Source: Octopus vulgaris (Eukaryota). Taken from it: a stretch of 64,000 nt of DNA. Position numbers and translations under genes: made by a program. The notes under the pieces are model-generated. The model was not told the origin of the DNA. It did no database searches and saw nothing but the letters and a program-made list of their open reading frames with translations. Every line of letters begins with the position of its first letter. Within the stretch, counting starts at the first letter, position 1. Positions 26,132 to 39,011 of this stretch are shown piece by piece. The stretch is from contig OX597826.1 in NCBI GenBank assembly GCA_951406725.2, positions 21,452,001-21,516,000 on the forward strand. Reading direction: 5' to 3'.

Positions 26132-26189
<58 letters not shown>

Positions 26190-26865
26190 TGTAAGGAACA
26201 GAATTTCAATCAAGATGCTTAATAATTTAAAAGTCTATTTCTAATTGATGAAGAAAGAAAAATATGAAAAATCTTCGCCACACATTTAAAATAAAAAGAT
26301 TCTAGGTGTTTCAATGTTTAGAATCAGACGAGGTGATCTTTGTGATTCGATGGGGGGGGGGGTGTGAGACAACTGTCTGGTAAAAAAACAATAGACATAA
26401 CTTGAAGGTGTGATGTTTAGAAAGATAGAAGGATATGAGCTGTTGTGACATTCATCCCTTTCCTGTTTGCATTAGCTGCATAAATGAAGTGAAAATTTTG
26501 TATTAGGAATTGAGTCACAGCTTGGAAAATTGAGAGAATCACTTTGGTAACAACTGGTCAAATATTCCATGATAACCATCAATTCCTTTAAAACCTGGAT
26601 GGGGTGGGGGCTGGAGGAAGCATAGGACTGATTTTTATTGATCGGGGAAAGATAAAAAGCCAAGTTTTTCCAGAACAGGATTTGAACTAAGAATTGTCAC
26701 TGAATACTGCTTGATACTTTGTCCGCACTCAACCAATCAATGTATCTTGAAATAAAAATCAATAAACTTATAAATTCCTTAAAATTGATAAATTCTATCT
26801 TCATTTCATGTTGCATGATCCACAATTTTTGAATGGATATTACTTGACCATTTCCGGTGCCTAAG

Positions 26866-26961
26866 GTTGACCTTCACCAACATAGTCAGCATTTCTTCCA
26901 GAATGTAGATGAAAGTGTCATCGTTAGTGTTCGACCAAATGGAATTAACGACATTCATGTG
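26866..26961 (+). CDS. M12B metalloprotease exon C (prodomain)
   Basis: GTG|gtaagt donor. Reads VDLHQHSQHFFQNVDESVIVSVRPNGINDIHV. The acceptor is either aag|26866 or the in-frame ttcttccag|26902. Confidence 0.7.
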
Positions 26962-27756
26962 GTAAGTGGAATAATAATGGTTTCTAATAAATGCACTGAT
27001 TGAGCAGTAATTTTGAGGGGAGGGTCATGGCTGACCCCAGTACTTTACTGGTACTTTATTTTATCGAATAGGATTGAAGCAATCTAAACACAAATATTTC
27101 ACAATTTACCAAATATTCCAGTCAAAATCTTGAAAAAGAAATTTAAAGAATTTACTTTTCCATAAGTGTAGGATAAGATTTCAGACAAGATCTCACTGCT
27201 GTTTTTAGGCTAAGCTGTGGCCCAGGAAATGATCAAAGGAATTCCAGCCATGACCATTCCACTTATTGTTTTCCAGATTTATGCTCACTTTTTTAATTTT
27301 TTTAATTGGTTGGGTATAATTGAAAAGTGATTTGGCTGCTATTTTTAACAGTTTACATTATAAAATAGAGTTTCTCATTGGCCCCTAGCCATCACTTACC
27401 AAAATTAGTTTTAGAAACAGTTTCTTCAACGAATATTTAAAAATAGTCATCATGGAAACTGGAAGGATGTTTGTACTGGACCCTATTTTCTCCAATGTTA
27501 GAACTAGCATCTAGAAACTGTTTTAGGAATTGTCTTTCTTGGCACTGACCATTTCCAGTCTAAATCCCACAAAAAACAGATTGACCTTTCATAAGACATT
27601 AATCATTATCTTTTATTAATCAAGTCAATCAAATATTATCCTCTTGTAATACCATTCAGTTAAATTGAAAGAAATAAGTTATCGTTATTTCAGGGTTTTA
27701 CCTCACTGCAAATTTTGGTAAAAAAAATGAACTTAATTTCTTTTTGATGTTTTTCC

Positions 27757-28485
27757 TTTACTTGTTTCAGTCATTAGACTGCGGCCATGCTGGAGCACTA
27801 CCTTGAAGAATTCCAGTCAAATGAATTGACTGTGATACTTATTTTTTAAGTCTAGTACTTATTTGATTGGTCTCCTTTGCCAAATTGCTAAGTTACGAGG
27901 ACATGAACACCCTGACACTGGTTGTCAAGCAGTGGTGAGGATGGTCCCCATGGAGGCAAGGTGGCCGATTCCAGTGGCATGCAAAAAGCACCTTTTGAAT
28001 GTTGAGCCTTACGGAGGCAATGGATGAATGACAGACTTTTGGCATTCTGTTGTGCTTGAGAAGAAGACTCATCAAGCCAAGCAAAATTGCAGTCATGGCA
28101 GATACTGGTGCCACGCAAATGACACCCACGCTGGTGGCATGTAAAAGCATCCATTACACTCTCAGAGTGGTTGGCATAAGGAAGGGTATCCAGCCATAGA
28201 AACCATGCCAAATCTAACTGGAGTCTGGTGCAACCTTCCAGCTTACCAGCCCTGGTCAAACTGTCCAACCAATGTCAGCATGGACAACGGACATTAAATG
28301 ATGATGATGATGATCATCATCATCATATATATGTATACGACAGGCTTCTTTCAGTTTCTGTTTACCAAATCCATTCACTAGGCTTTGGGTAACCTGAGGC
28401 AAGAGTAGACGACACTTGCCTAAGATGCCATGAAGTGGGACCAAATCTGGAACGAAGTGGTTGGGAAGTAAGCTTCTTGCAGTCA
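27757..28485 (-). mobile_element. tRNA-derived SINE (family 1) interrupted by an RTE-tailed element at about 27960-28325 (+)
   Basis: Both halves match the 33188-33624 copy. Confidence 0.75.
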
Positions 28486-28700
28486 AATTAAATAAACCTT
28501 ATTAATATTTATTACTAAATTAATTATGCAATTTTGAACATGTTTCCATGTTTAACCTGCAGAACCCCATTCAGCTATTAAATTCTCCATGTTCAGGTCT
28601 CAAATTCTTTTTATTGTATTTTACTTGTTTAGTTGTTGCAGACTGTTTATTTTTTGTATTTCTACATGTTTACCAATTAACTAATGTTGTATTTGTTTAG

Positions 28701-28833
28701 GAAGGAATGGTGAGTGATGAACTGTTCCTGCTGCCCCCTGGTGGCAGTGTTCGTCATAAAAGATCAGTTGAAGTTGCGAGTCACACACTCTGGAGACAAA
28801 CTACACCAGTAATGGTACTGGATGAAATAATGG
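28701..28833 (+). CDS. M12B metalloprotease exon D (prodomain, first furin site RHKR at 28752-28763)
   Basis: atttgtttag| ... G|gtagat. Reads EGMVSDELFLLPPGGSVRHKRSVEVASHTLWRQTTPVMVLDEIM; phase 0 to 1. Confidence 0.85.
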
Positions 28834-30960
28834 GTAGATATATATACACACTAATATGGTTCTTCATTTCTGCCACTGATATAACAAAAGGAATTGTCTA
28901 AGGCCAGCTTTCAATAAAATTGTTGTTGCTTGTAATCCATTTGATAAATCTCTCCTTATTAAGGTTATGCTTAATCTTGTAATATTCTTATTAATTACAT
29001 CATGTATAATTTCATAACAACAACAATTCCATAATTAATAACAACAACAACAATAGCAATAATGACAAGGCAATCGTCAGCAGATACTGAAATTGAAAAA
29101 ATTAGATCAGAACCATCCATGCAAATAGTCATAAAGAGATAAAACCAATAAAGCATAAGACAGAGATAAGAAAGACAAAATCAGGAAAAAGCACAAGAGA
29201 AGAGACACTGCTAGAAATATGATAATAGATATAAATACACTAAAGCTAATACAAAGTAACAGTAGTAGGACTAAAAAAATATTTGGAAACACATAAAGGA
29301 AACTGATTTGTATAATAAGGAAATACAACGTAAACACAAACAACTCTCTGTATAAACTTTAAAGTAGACTCTGGAAACTAGACATAGAGAAAAGCAGCAG
29401 AAAAAAGTATAAAAAAAAAACACACAGTGATTTGGAGGTACCCCGTATATAACCACAAACTATCTTCATACACTAATGATAATAATCTTTTCCCAGTTCT
29501 TGCTGCCAACCTACAATCACAGAGACTACATCCATCAAACTTTCATTTATATATTACAGAAAATTTACTTGAGAGTAGCAACAGTTTCTCTATATTCATC
29601 TTTCTCTTTAAATGGCACCTCAAGAAATTGATGGGGTTCCTGGCCCTGGAGAAAGAGCCTAGTGCTCAAACATTTCAACCAGACCTAACACAAAACCTCT
29701 TTTGCCACAGCCAACCGTGTTTTGTTGCCAAAGGAATTTGGTCAAACTTCACAATAGACACAGTTGGTTGTCAGATCTGCCCTGCATGTGAGAACTACCA
29801 TTTGAGAGTAACACACAAATCAGTACAAAACAGCACTGAATGAAGATCATGGATGGTTCCGTCACCTTCCATGAGTCTTGGATAGATTTAGTTGATGGTG
29901 GCTCCAACATGGCATTACCTGACTAGATAAAAGCAAACAAGTTGACAATACTGGGAGGAACCTCATTTAGCAGCAAGAGCACTCTCTCACATACATACAT
30001 GCATACACACATACACACACGTGTGTGTATGTGTGTGTGTGTTACTTTATGTTGAACAAATGAGAGAAGAGTGCTCAATACATTTTGTAGAGGATAAGGC
30101 TTATTTATTAAAACTGAAGCTGAGAGTTTATTTCATGATTTCTGTTTCAAAATGCTGTGAAGTCTCCCCTGAAGATCACAGTGGCTCATAAGGCTGCTTT
30201 CCCAGATTCTGTGGTGAATATGTTTGCCCACCACACTCCCAGGGCAGGGCACCAGCCCTTTGAAGGATTATTCAGTTACACCATCTAAGTGAAGCGGAGC
30301 CACAGTGGAGCCACATGAAACGAAGTGATTTGCTTGAGAACACAATGTGTCACCCAATCCAAAAACTGAAACCCCAATAATTGTATGATCATGAGCCACA
30401 TATATATATATGTATATGTATTTATATGTATGTATATGTATATATGTACATATATATATGTGTATATATATGTGTGTGTGTATTTATATATATATACACA
30501 CACACATATATATATACATACATATATATATGTGTGTTTATATGTATACACACACATGTGTACATGTATGTGGTGTGTGTATTTTCAATAGTGATATTTA
30601 TTGTGAGTAAATTTTAGTTGTGAGTTAGTAACATGTAGTGATTTTGTAGAAAATGTGTAGAAGATTTGTAGTGAATTTAAAGTAGAACTTGGAGGGAGTT
30701 TGTTAATTTGTGGTGTTTACTCCTGTGTTTTTAGTGATATCCATTGAGCGAAGACCATGGAATAGATTTTGATGTGGTTGAGCCTTAATTCAAAAGTTGA
30801 GTGAAGTGTGGGGTAGTTGTTGATGTTGTTGTTATGTCTTGCCCCTAAAACAGCGAGAACCATTATGTCAATATTAGAGATCAATAACTAATAATTCATA
30901 GGTAAGGAACCTAAATATTGGATATTTTGTGTATTTCTCTAAACTTCTTTTTATTCTTAG

Positions 30961-31142
30961 GCATTCCTTTACCATTACCAAAGGAAACGGAGGAGAGTGT
31001 GAACCGAGTGAAGCGGCATGCTCTGAATGCAGTTCCTTACATTGATGTGGAAGTGTGTGTTCTTTTAGATTATGCTCTTTATTTAAAGGCTGGCAGGAAC
31101 TTACGAGACCTGGCCGCATATATGCTGCACTTTTGGCATGCT
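30961..31142 (+). CDS. M12B metalloprotease exon E (furin site RVKR at 31005-31016, start of catalytic domain)
   Basis: ttattcttag| ... GCT|gtaagt. Reads GIPLPLPKETEESVNRVKRHALNAVPYIDVEVCVLLDYALY...YMLHFWHA; VEV..D is typical of reprolysin strand 1. Confidence 0.92.
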
Positions 31143-31745
31143 GTAAGTAAACCTGTTTCGTTTGAGGTGATTCTTTGCAAAACAATTGGACAAACATTGA
31201 CTTTTATTCTGTCGTGCATTCCTCCATGTTTAATGGGGAAAATCTCATGGGGTTTTCATGAAAAAACCTTGAACAGAAAGATATAAAAACAGATTATAAT
31301 TAATATAATTATCTAAGTTTTACAATGACTTTTGTGCTGTTACCCTGGGGACTCATGGGGGGAGGGGAAGGTGAGGCAGGTTTTGGAAATACTCAGGAAA
31401 CCATCTGCTTGGATACCAAATAGTAAAACTAACATTTCTTAATAACTGATTATGCTTCACTGAGGAGGTGTGATAAGACTGAAACATACCCATACTGCTG
31501 TCACCATAAGTACCAAAGATAACATTCACTACCCTCCCTTTTAATCTTCCCCCACTTTATTCATCACTCTCTTCTGTTTTTGATTTATGTAACCTGCAGA
31601 ATTATCTCCCTTAACTGTCTAGACCAGAATTAATAACTTAATGAATCTTCCTTCTCATGGATGTGATTTTAATTAAAATTTCTAAGTTAATTACATGAAG
31701 TGTATTTACACTGATACCAAAATTAATATATTTGACATTAATTTT

Positions 31746-31950
31746 GGTTTCCTATTTTGGCACAAGGCCAGCAATTTCAGAGGAGGGTCTTAGTCAATTA
31801 CATCAACTCCAGTGCTCAATGGTGATTTATTTTGTTGACCCTGAAAGGCAAATTTGATCTCAGTGGAATTTGAACTCAGAACATAGAAATGAAAGAAATA
31901 TCACAAAGCACACTGCTCAGCGTGCTAGCGATTCTGCCAGCTCACCACCC
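31746..31950 (-). mobile_element. tRNA-derived SINE, family 2
   Basis: Minus strand ggtgagctggcagaatcgctagcacg...gttctgagttcaaattcc (A/B-box-like), then ttgcctttcagggtcaacaaaataa. Other copies at about 1-160, 22293, 33827, 35812, 51948 and 61640. Confidence 0.75.
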
Positions 31951-32075
31951 ATATATTCGACACTAATATTGATTGGCATTCCCATACACATATGCACATG
32001 CACACACACACACACACACATACAAATAAATAGATAGATAGATACATACATACATGCATACATCCATACACACAC

Positions 32076-32108
<33 letters not shown>

Positions 32109-33187
32109 CATACATAAATACATACACATATGTATATGTATTTTCATCATCATCATTGTTTAATGTGTGTTTTCTGTGCATGCATGGGTCAGACGGTTGG
32201 CAGGAGCCAGACAAATAGAAGACTGCCCCAGGCTACTGTGTCTGTTTTAGCAGGGTTTTTACAGCTGGATGCCCTTCCTAACGCCAACCACTTTCCAGTG
32301 TGGACTCAGTGTTTTTTACATAGCACTAGCACAAGTGAGGTTAGTTTTGGCATAATTTTTGCAGTGGGATGTGCTTCCAAATGCCAACCAAGTTACAGTG
32401 TGAACTGGATACTTTTTACATGGCACCAGCACACCAACTTGCAGGAGAAGGAATTATGAGAGAGGCAGGGGCATTTGAGGAGGAGAACTCGTGTCATAGG
32501 ATGAAAGGTTAGAGGGTGACAAAGAGACAAGGAAGCAGAAACAGGTGTCTTGTTATTAGAGAGGAGGCGTTGGAGGAGGTGACTGAGTATCAGATGATGA
32601 AAGGTGAGAGTGTGACAGAGAAATAGATGTCTTTACTATGGAGGAGGTACATGGTTTGTCAGTGAAAGAGACAGAGACAGAGAGAGAGAGCGAGAGAGCG
32701 ACCAGGAATGCTGCTGTAGAGGGGATACATGGCCACCTAGCCAGAGGGAAGAGCAAGGGAAGAGAGAGAGAGTGAGAGAGAGAGAGAGGGAGTGAGAGAG
32801 AGAGAGAGAGAGAGAGTAGGAAACAGCAGAAGTGCAAGAGAGAGAGAGCAGGAGAGAGATGATGAAGTGCCAGGGTATACTCACAAGTAACAAGGATCAG
32901 AGCATAGATGTGATGGTAGAGTTAGGAAGAGAGACATAAGAAGATCATAATGTATGTGATCAAGTATTGCCAAGAAGGCACAAGTAGGAAGTAGGGATTG
33001 CAGTGACTAACTTTTCTTTCAACACAGTTGCACTTTGTCGGTCATGCACATTGATGTCGCAAATCCAGCGGAGCATGCTACTTTCATTTCTCTCCAGTTT
33101 CTGCATATCCTCCACATTCACAGCCCATGTCTCACTACCATGTAATATAGCTGTTCTCACACAAGTGTCTGTGTTTGTATACATACA

Positions 33188-33387
33188 TACTCTTTTACTC
33201 TTTTACTTGTTTCAGTCAGTTGACAGCGGCCATGCTGGAGCACCACCTTTAGTCGACCCCGGGACTTATTCTTTGTAAGCCCATTACTATCGGTCTCTTT
33301 TGCCGAACCGCTAAGTGACAGGGACATAAACACACCAGCATCGGTTGTCAAGTGATGTTGGGGGGACAAACACAGACATACAAACAT

Positions 33388-33466
<79 letters not shown>

Positions 33467-33624
33467 TACGATAGGCTTCTTTCAGTTTCCGTCTACCAAA
33501 TCCACTCACAAGGCTTTGGTCGGCCCGAGGCTATAGTAGAAGAAACTTGCCCAAGGTGCCACGCAGTGGGACTGAACCCGGAACCATGTGGTTGGTAAGC
33601 AAGCTACTTACCACACAGCCACTC
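33188..33624 (-). mobile_element. tRNA-derived CORE-like SINE, family 1, full length with an internal microsatellite
   Basis: Minus strand gtggctgtgtggtaag (A box), ggttcagtccc (B box) and gcaccttgggcaag (CORE-like). Resembles described octopus SINEs. Confidence 0.85.
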
Positions 33625-34152
33625 TATACGTATATACACACAGATGCACACAAACACAATAAGTTTTGCTTTGTTGTTGAAAGATTCTCTTACACTTAAA
33701 TCAATGAAGTTCTAGATTTGAACAAAAATTCTATAAAAGGTAAAATTTGATGGGATGGGAGGAAATGCTGATGGAGGGTGAGCAAGTAACAGGAAATAAT
33801 GATAATAATAATAATAATAATGATGATTTCGAATTTTGGCACAGACCAGTAAGTTCAGGGGAGTGGATTAAGTCAAATACATTGACCCCAGTGCACAACT
33901 GGTACCTTATTTCATTAACTCTGAAAGAATGAGAGGGAAAATCAACGTTTTGGAATGTGAACTCAGAATGTAAAGATGGATGAAAGGTTGTTTGGCATTT
34001 TGTCTGATGAGGCTTTTAAACTGATTGGACAAAATGTACGTGGGATGGAATGGTAAAGAAAAATGTATAAAAAATAAACTTTAATGATAAAGTCTTCATG
34101 CCAGAGTCTGTTTGTTCTTATTTTGTGGAATGGCTGTGTTTTATTCCGACAG

Positions 34153-34224
34153 GTTAACCTTCGTTTTGCCACAATACAAGATATGAGGATTAACATAAAA
34201 CTGAAGACAGTTGGTGTCTTTCAG
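34153..34224 (+). CDS. M12B metalloprotease exon F
   Basis: ttccgacag| ... CAG|gtaaga. Reads VNLRFATIQDMRINIKLKTVGVFQ; phase 0 to 0. Confidence 0.92.
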
Positions 34225-34903
34225 GTAAGATTGACTTTTAGTTTCTTAGTACTACATTACTTAACACCACCACCACCACCACCAATACCATCACAGTTCT
34301 GAGTGGTGCTACTGCCCTACAACAGGGGCTTCATAATTTTGAAAGGACACTCATCTTTCATACTCTTATGGGTCAGTTCTTAGATGAAAGCCAGTTTAGC
34401 AGGTGGGGAACAGGGGTGGGGGACTAAGCCATCAGTGTCTGGCCAGCTGTAGCCAGTCTCTTACTGTCTCAACTGATATATCTCATTTTCATCTTATTTT
34501 ATCTTATTTCACTGATATATCTTATCTTAGTGACCCAGGAAGAATAAAAGGCAGAGCTAACTTCAGCTTGGTATGAACTCAGTTCTGGATTCATTTCATG
34601 TCAAAACTTGATTACAAGAGGAAATATAATTAATATATGAAATATATTTAATATGGAAAATTTAATTAATGCTCTAGTATTACCAGTCAAATGAATAATA
34701 TCAGGAAATATGGCAAATATGTAATAATTATTATTTAACTTTAATTGAACTTTTTTGTGCTTCAACAAAATGATGAAATGAATATTAATTTAAAAAAGAA
34801 AATATTTATTACTTCAAAATAAAATTAAAACAAAATTTCTCATATGTATAACTTCTTCCTGCTGTCATCTACTCCCCTACTCCTCCTGTTTCTGTGATTC
34901 TTT

Positions 34904-34944
<41 letters not shown>

Positions 34945-35200
34945 CATGTGTGTGTATGTATATCGTACTTTTAATCATTGCCTGCCACCAAGCCTTGCAC
35001 GTGCATCTCTTATAATAATTCTCTCTGTGTTTCGCTTTTGCTCTCTCGCCCCACTCTCTACACAATACAAAATGGGGTTAGAGAACCAACCAACCAACCA
35101 ACTTCTACATCAACTATTCTTATATAAGCATGTAAAATATAAAACATAATTATCGTTGCTAAGTAAGCCTTTATTATTCCAACCATAACATGTATTTTAG

Positions 35201-35352
35201 GATGAAGAATCACAGCTATTTCTCAAGAACAATATGCTTCAGGGTAACAAAAGAATATTTGAAGCTCGGCATGCCCTGTCAGACTTACAAAGATGGCTTA
35301 GCTATCATTACAGAGACTTCAAGAAATTTGATGTCATCTTTTTATTGACTGG
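35201..35352 (+). CDS. M12B metalloprotease exon G
   Basis: gtattttag| ... GG|gtaagt. Reads DEESQLFLKNNMLQGNKRIFEARHALSDLQRWLSYHYRDFKKFDVIFLLTG; the D...LLT motif is typical of reprolysins. Confidence 0.93.
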
Positions 35353-35480
35353 GTAAGTCCTGAGAGATTCTTCATCAAACACCTCTAATATTGGTAACTG
35401 GTATTATTATGGAATTGAGAGTTCCCAATTTGATATTTGTCTTCCTTTGAGAAATAACAACATTTTTCTTTACATTTCAG

Positions 35481-35654
35481 AGATGATGGTTGTGTTTTCA
35501 GTGGTCAAGCTTGTGAAAAACGAGTCACTGGGGTGTCATACGTCGGAGGAGCCTGTCGAAGGCACTGGCTGATGGGAGCCCTTAATGTGGCAATTGGAGA
35601 AACTGACCTTGTGTTTAGGGGTGTCTTTACAGCTGCACATGAAGTTGGTCATTT
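35481..35654 (+). CDS. M12B metalloprotease exon H (first half of zinc motif, HEVGH)
   Basis: tacatttcag| ... TT|gtaagt. Reads DDGCVFSGQACEKRVTGVSYVGGACRRHWLMGALNVAIGETDLVFRGVFTAAHEVGHL. Confidence 0.96.
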
Positions 35655-36592
35655 GTAAGTGTTTTTAGGGGTTGTAGTGTATGAGGGGTGGGTGTAGTAG
35701 TGGCATGGGGTGTGGGGTGAGTGCCAAAGTTTCTCTTCTATTATTTTCTTTTTTGAGTTCTTTTACTGTTTCTTCAAGAATTTGGTAAATTGCCAAAACT
35801 TTAGAAGTCAGCAGAATGGCAGAGATGTTTAGAGTGTTGGATGGAATATTTAATGGAATATTTAATGGGATTTATTCTGCCTCTCTGTGCTTTGAGTTCA
35901 AATCCTGCAGAAGCCATCTTTACTTTCCATTCCTCCTGGGCCAATAAGTACCAGTTAAAGACAGTTAAAGAGCCAATTCTTCACTCTCTTCCTTTCCTCT
36001 TCTCCTCTTTCTCTCCCTCTCAATGTTAATTACGTTGTGCTGGGATCAATTCAAGGGAGACCACTCACAATATCTCTTCCACAGAGGAAAAACGATTGAC
36101 CAACGATTGACCAAAGTGCTGGCAACTTCTTGTGGTTGATTTGTTATTGGAACCAGGCAAGGACTGGTCAGTGTGCCGTAGAACAAAGAATGGAAATGGA
36201 AAAGAAGGGAGAAGGGAGAGGAGGAGGAGTTTCAGTATTACAAGATGTTTAGGTGTGGGAATAATCGACACTTGCTTCCTGCGTTTCCCCCCATCCTGGA
36301 AGTAGAAGACATCTATTGATGGGAAGGTGGGATTAGTTGTGGTAGCAGCCGCAGCAGTGGTGGTGGTGGTGGTGGTGACGGTCGCCGGGGGGGGGGGGTT
36401 GTGGCGAATGAAGGTGGTGGTGATATAGGTGGTGCGGATAATGACTGAGAAATGAAAGACAAGAAACTAAGTGCGAAAGTAATGAAATATATTTCTTGAA
36501 AATCAAATCAAATTTCTGAGTCAAATGAATGAAGGTCAGCAATAAAATATATAAGGAAGAGAGAACTGGTGTGTGTGTGTGAGTGTGTGTGT

Positions 36593-36637
<45 letters not shown>

Positions 36638-36657
36638 CGTGTACGTGTCTGTGTGAG

Positions 36658-36699
<42 letters not shown>

Positions 36700-36892
36700 T
36701 AAATGCATACATATGTGTATATATGTGTATATGTATGTACATAGGTGTATGTGTGTAAGGTCAATGTAAACTATAAGAGAAAGAGAAAAACATAGAAAAA
36801 GAATGTAAAAATGTTGGTCTTAAAATGTAGAGGAATATTTCAAGAGATCTATAGAAGTTGTTGGAATGCAGAAAAGTTTACTGGAAAGTGTT

Positions 36893-37275
36893 GTTTAACC
36901 CCAGGTTCGTCCCCACTGAGCAGATCCATGATCAAAAGTGTTCCAGCCAGGACCATTCTACCTTTCAAACAAATACTTTATCTCATATCTTTTCCCTATT
37001 TTTATGTTATTTGAAATTTGGCTGCTCTTTCTGACAGGTTTAAAACCCACATAGAAGTTCTCTCTGCTGTTACTGCTGTGTTGCTATTTAACCCCAGGTC
37101 AGTCCTAACTGAACAGACCCATGATGAAAGAAGTTCCAGATATGACAATCTCATCTTTACTTAAACAGTCTAACACTACACTATTCTATGTGTCCTTCAT
37201 TTAATGATGTGATTTTTAAGGAGATTTGGTTGTTATTTCTAGCATGTCAAAAAACTACTACTAAGAGGTTCCTTT
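36893..37275 (+). repeat. Two tandem copies of an unclassified dispersed repeat of about 190 bp
   Basis: tttaaccccaggtc...gacccatgatcaaa...gagatttggctgctatttctagc. Further copies at about 20570, 27205, 43390, 47150 (-), 52622 and 57335. Confidence 0.7.
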
Positions 37276-37678
37276 GATGTTTCCTGTAACCTTTCATAAC
37301 ATTTTAGTGCAGTTCTATAAAAATAGTTTGTTATTTGATGGAGTGGAGGAGCTATTTCTTACATTAAGAATATGGGGTGACATAAATAAATACATTTAAA
37401 CCAAGAGTTTCATTTGATGAAATAAATATTCCAGGTTTTATACAGAAGCTGTGTATTAATAAAGCTTGTTGTTACATTAAAGCAGTATGTTTAGAGTTTT
37501 GATATCAGGTGTAACCGATATGGTTGTTAATACTGCCAAATGTTGAGTTAAAGCAAAAACAGTCAGTTATCTACCCAGGGTGAAAAATACCCTGAAAGAT
37601 ACTCCAAACTGACATTTCAATCTATGCAATATGCAGAGATTAGAATTTAATTAATTGAGCCAATCCTTGGATTTTTAG

Positions 37679-37822
37679 GCTTGGTGCACCACATGATGGA
37701 GAGTCTGGTGCTGAAATGTGCACAACCAATTCTGGCTACCTCATGAGTTACAACAGATCTGACCCAATTAAGGCACACAGATTTTCAACATGCTCAATAA
37801 AAAAGTTTAAAGAATTCTTAAG
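37679..37822 (+). CDS. M12B metalloprotease exon I (LGAPHD and Met-turn)
   Basis: atttttag| ... AG|gtaagt. Reads LGAPHDGESGAEMCTTNSGYLMSYNRSDPIKAHRFSTCSIKKFKEFL. Completes HExxHxxGxxHD, the GYLMS Met-turn and FSxCS. Confidence 0.96.
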
Positions 37823-38884
37823 GTAAGTAGATCCTTCTCTACGGTTGTAGAATTACATAAGTACCAAGGTTTTTTTTTTAGGAGTAGAAGTCGTTTACCA
37901 TCATAAAGAGCTAATATTTCAAGTAGGAGTAAAGATGGTGTTAGTTCAGAGATATTTCAGGTTTGAGGTGGGAATTATTGCCAGTTAAGTTTAAAGTTCA
38001 GTGAGACCTTCAAAGAAAGCAAGAGATACTGCAGCTTTGATAAATAATTAACCTTTAGAAGCTGTGATTCTTTGTATAGTTTTGGTATCACATTTCTATT
38101 CTGAATTCTTTATTTGTATATTATAACATTCTTCATTGATAAACAACAGACACATGTTGTGAGGAATCATTATTAAGTCAGAGACGAGTGCAGACATGGT
38201 TAAGTAGTTCACTTTGCACCCATGTAGATGTTGGTTCGATCTCACTGCACAGTCTCTTGAGTAGATGCCCACTAGTACTGCCTTGAGTTGACCAAAGAGT
38301 GTGAGTGGAAAGTGTTTGGAATTCTGTCAATTATAAGAAGCTTTAACACTTCTCATTTCCCACATGCAAATACTAATGTGGAGAGTGTTTAACCATAAGA
38401 ATTGTGTGAAGTCAAAGGACCAAAATCATCCAAATACAGAATTCCATGGTAACGAGAAAAACTTTCAGTGTTTGGTGGTTGTGATTTGTGACCACTACCC
38501 TGGAATGGTAATACTGTAGGTGTCTACCCACCACCAGTCCAGCTCAGCATCAATAAAGAGAATAGTTACCAAGGTGGACATTGGCACAAATGTACTCTGC
38601 TCTTTGGTCCATACAAAAATTACCATCATCACAGATCCAGACATCCAGACTGCAATGACAGGATGTCTCTCATCTCTTCCATTAAATAGCTAATCCCATT
38701 CATCTAAATATACTTGATCTTTGGAACAACTCCCAGGAATATGGCAGAATGGCTGCAACTGGAATTGGCAACAAGAACAACAAGAACAACAGATTTTGAT
38801 CTAAAATAAATAAATAAATATGACAGACACCCCCTCCATACACACACCTTATTTATGTATTGTTGTTTTTTAATGATATTATAG

Positions 38885-39011
38885 AACAACTGCTGCTCAT
38901 TGTCTGTGGAATCGTGCAGTGGAGCCGATTCCTTATCCTAAAGTTTTACCTGGCCAACAAATGAAATTAAAGGACCAATGTTATAATTATGTAAAAGGAG
39001 AACCGTGTGAG
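38885..39011 (+). CDS. M12B metalloprotease exon J (end of catalytic domain, start of Cys-rich/disintegrin-like module)
   Basis: atattatag| ... GAG|gtaaga. Reads TTAAHCLWNRAVEPIPYPKVLPGQQMKLKDQCYNYVKGEPCE; LPGQ...QC is the ADAMTS-type motif. Confidence 0.93.

Noticed and set aside
29427-29843. 138-aa intronic ORF
   Set aside because: No domain and no fitting splice sites; probably decayed TE sequence.
31455-31495. CTGAGGA...GAAAC hammerhead-like string (similar at about 8795-8870 and 9020-9110)
   Set aside because: Cleavage triplet and stem I are absent; too degenerate to call.
33540-33624. tRNA-like sequences with A/B boxes (also 31860-31950 and 58156-58225)
   Set aside because: SINE heads attached to repeat bodies; no complete cloverleaf.
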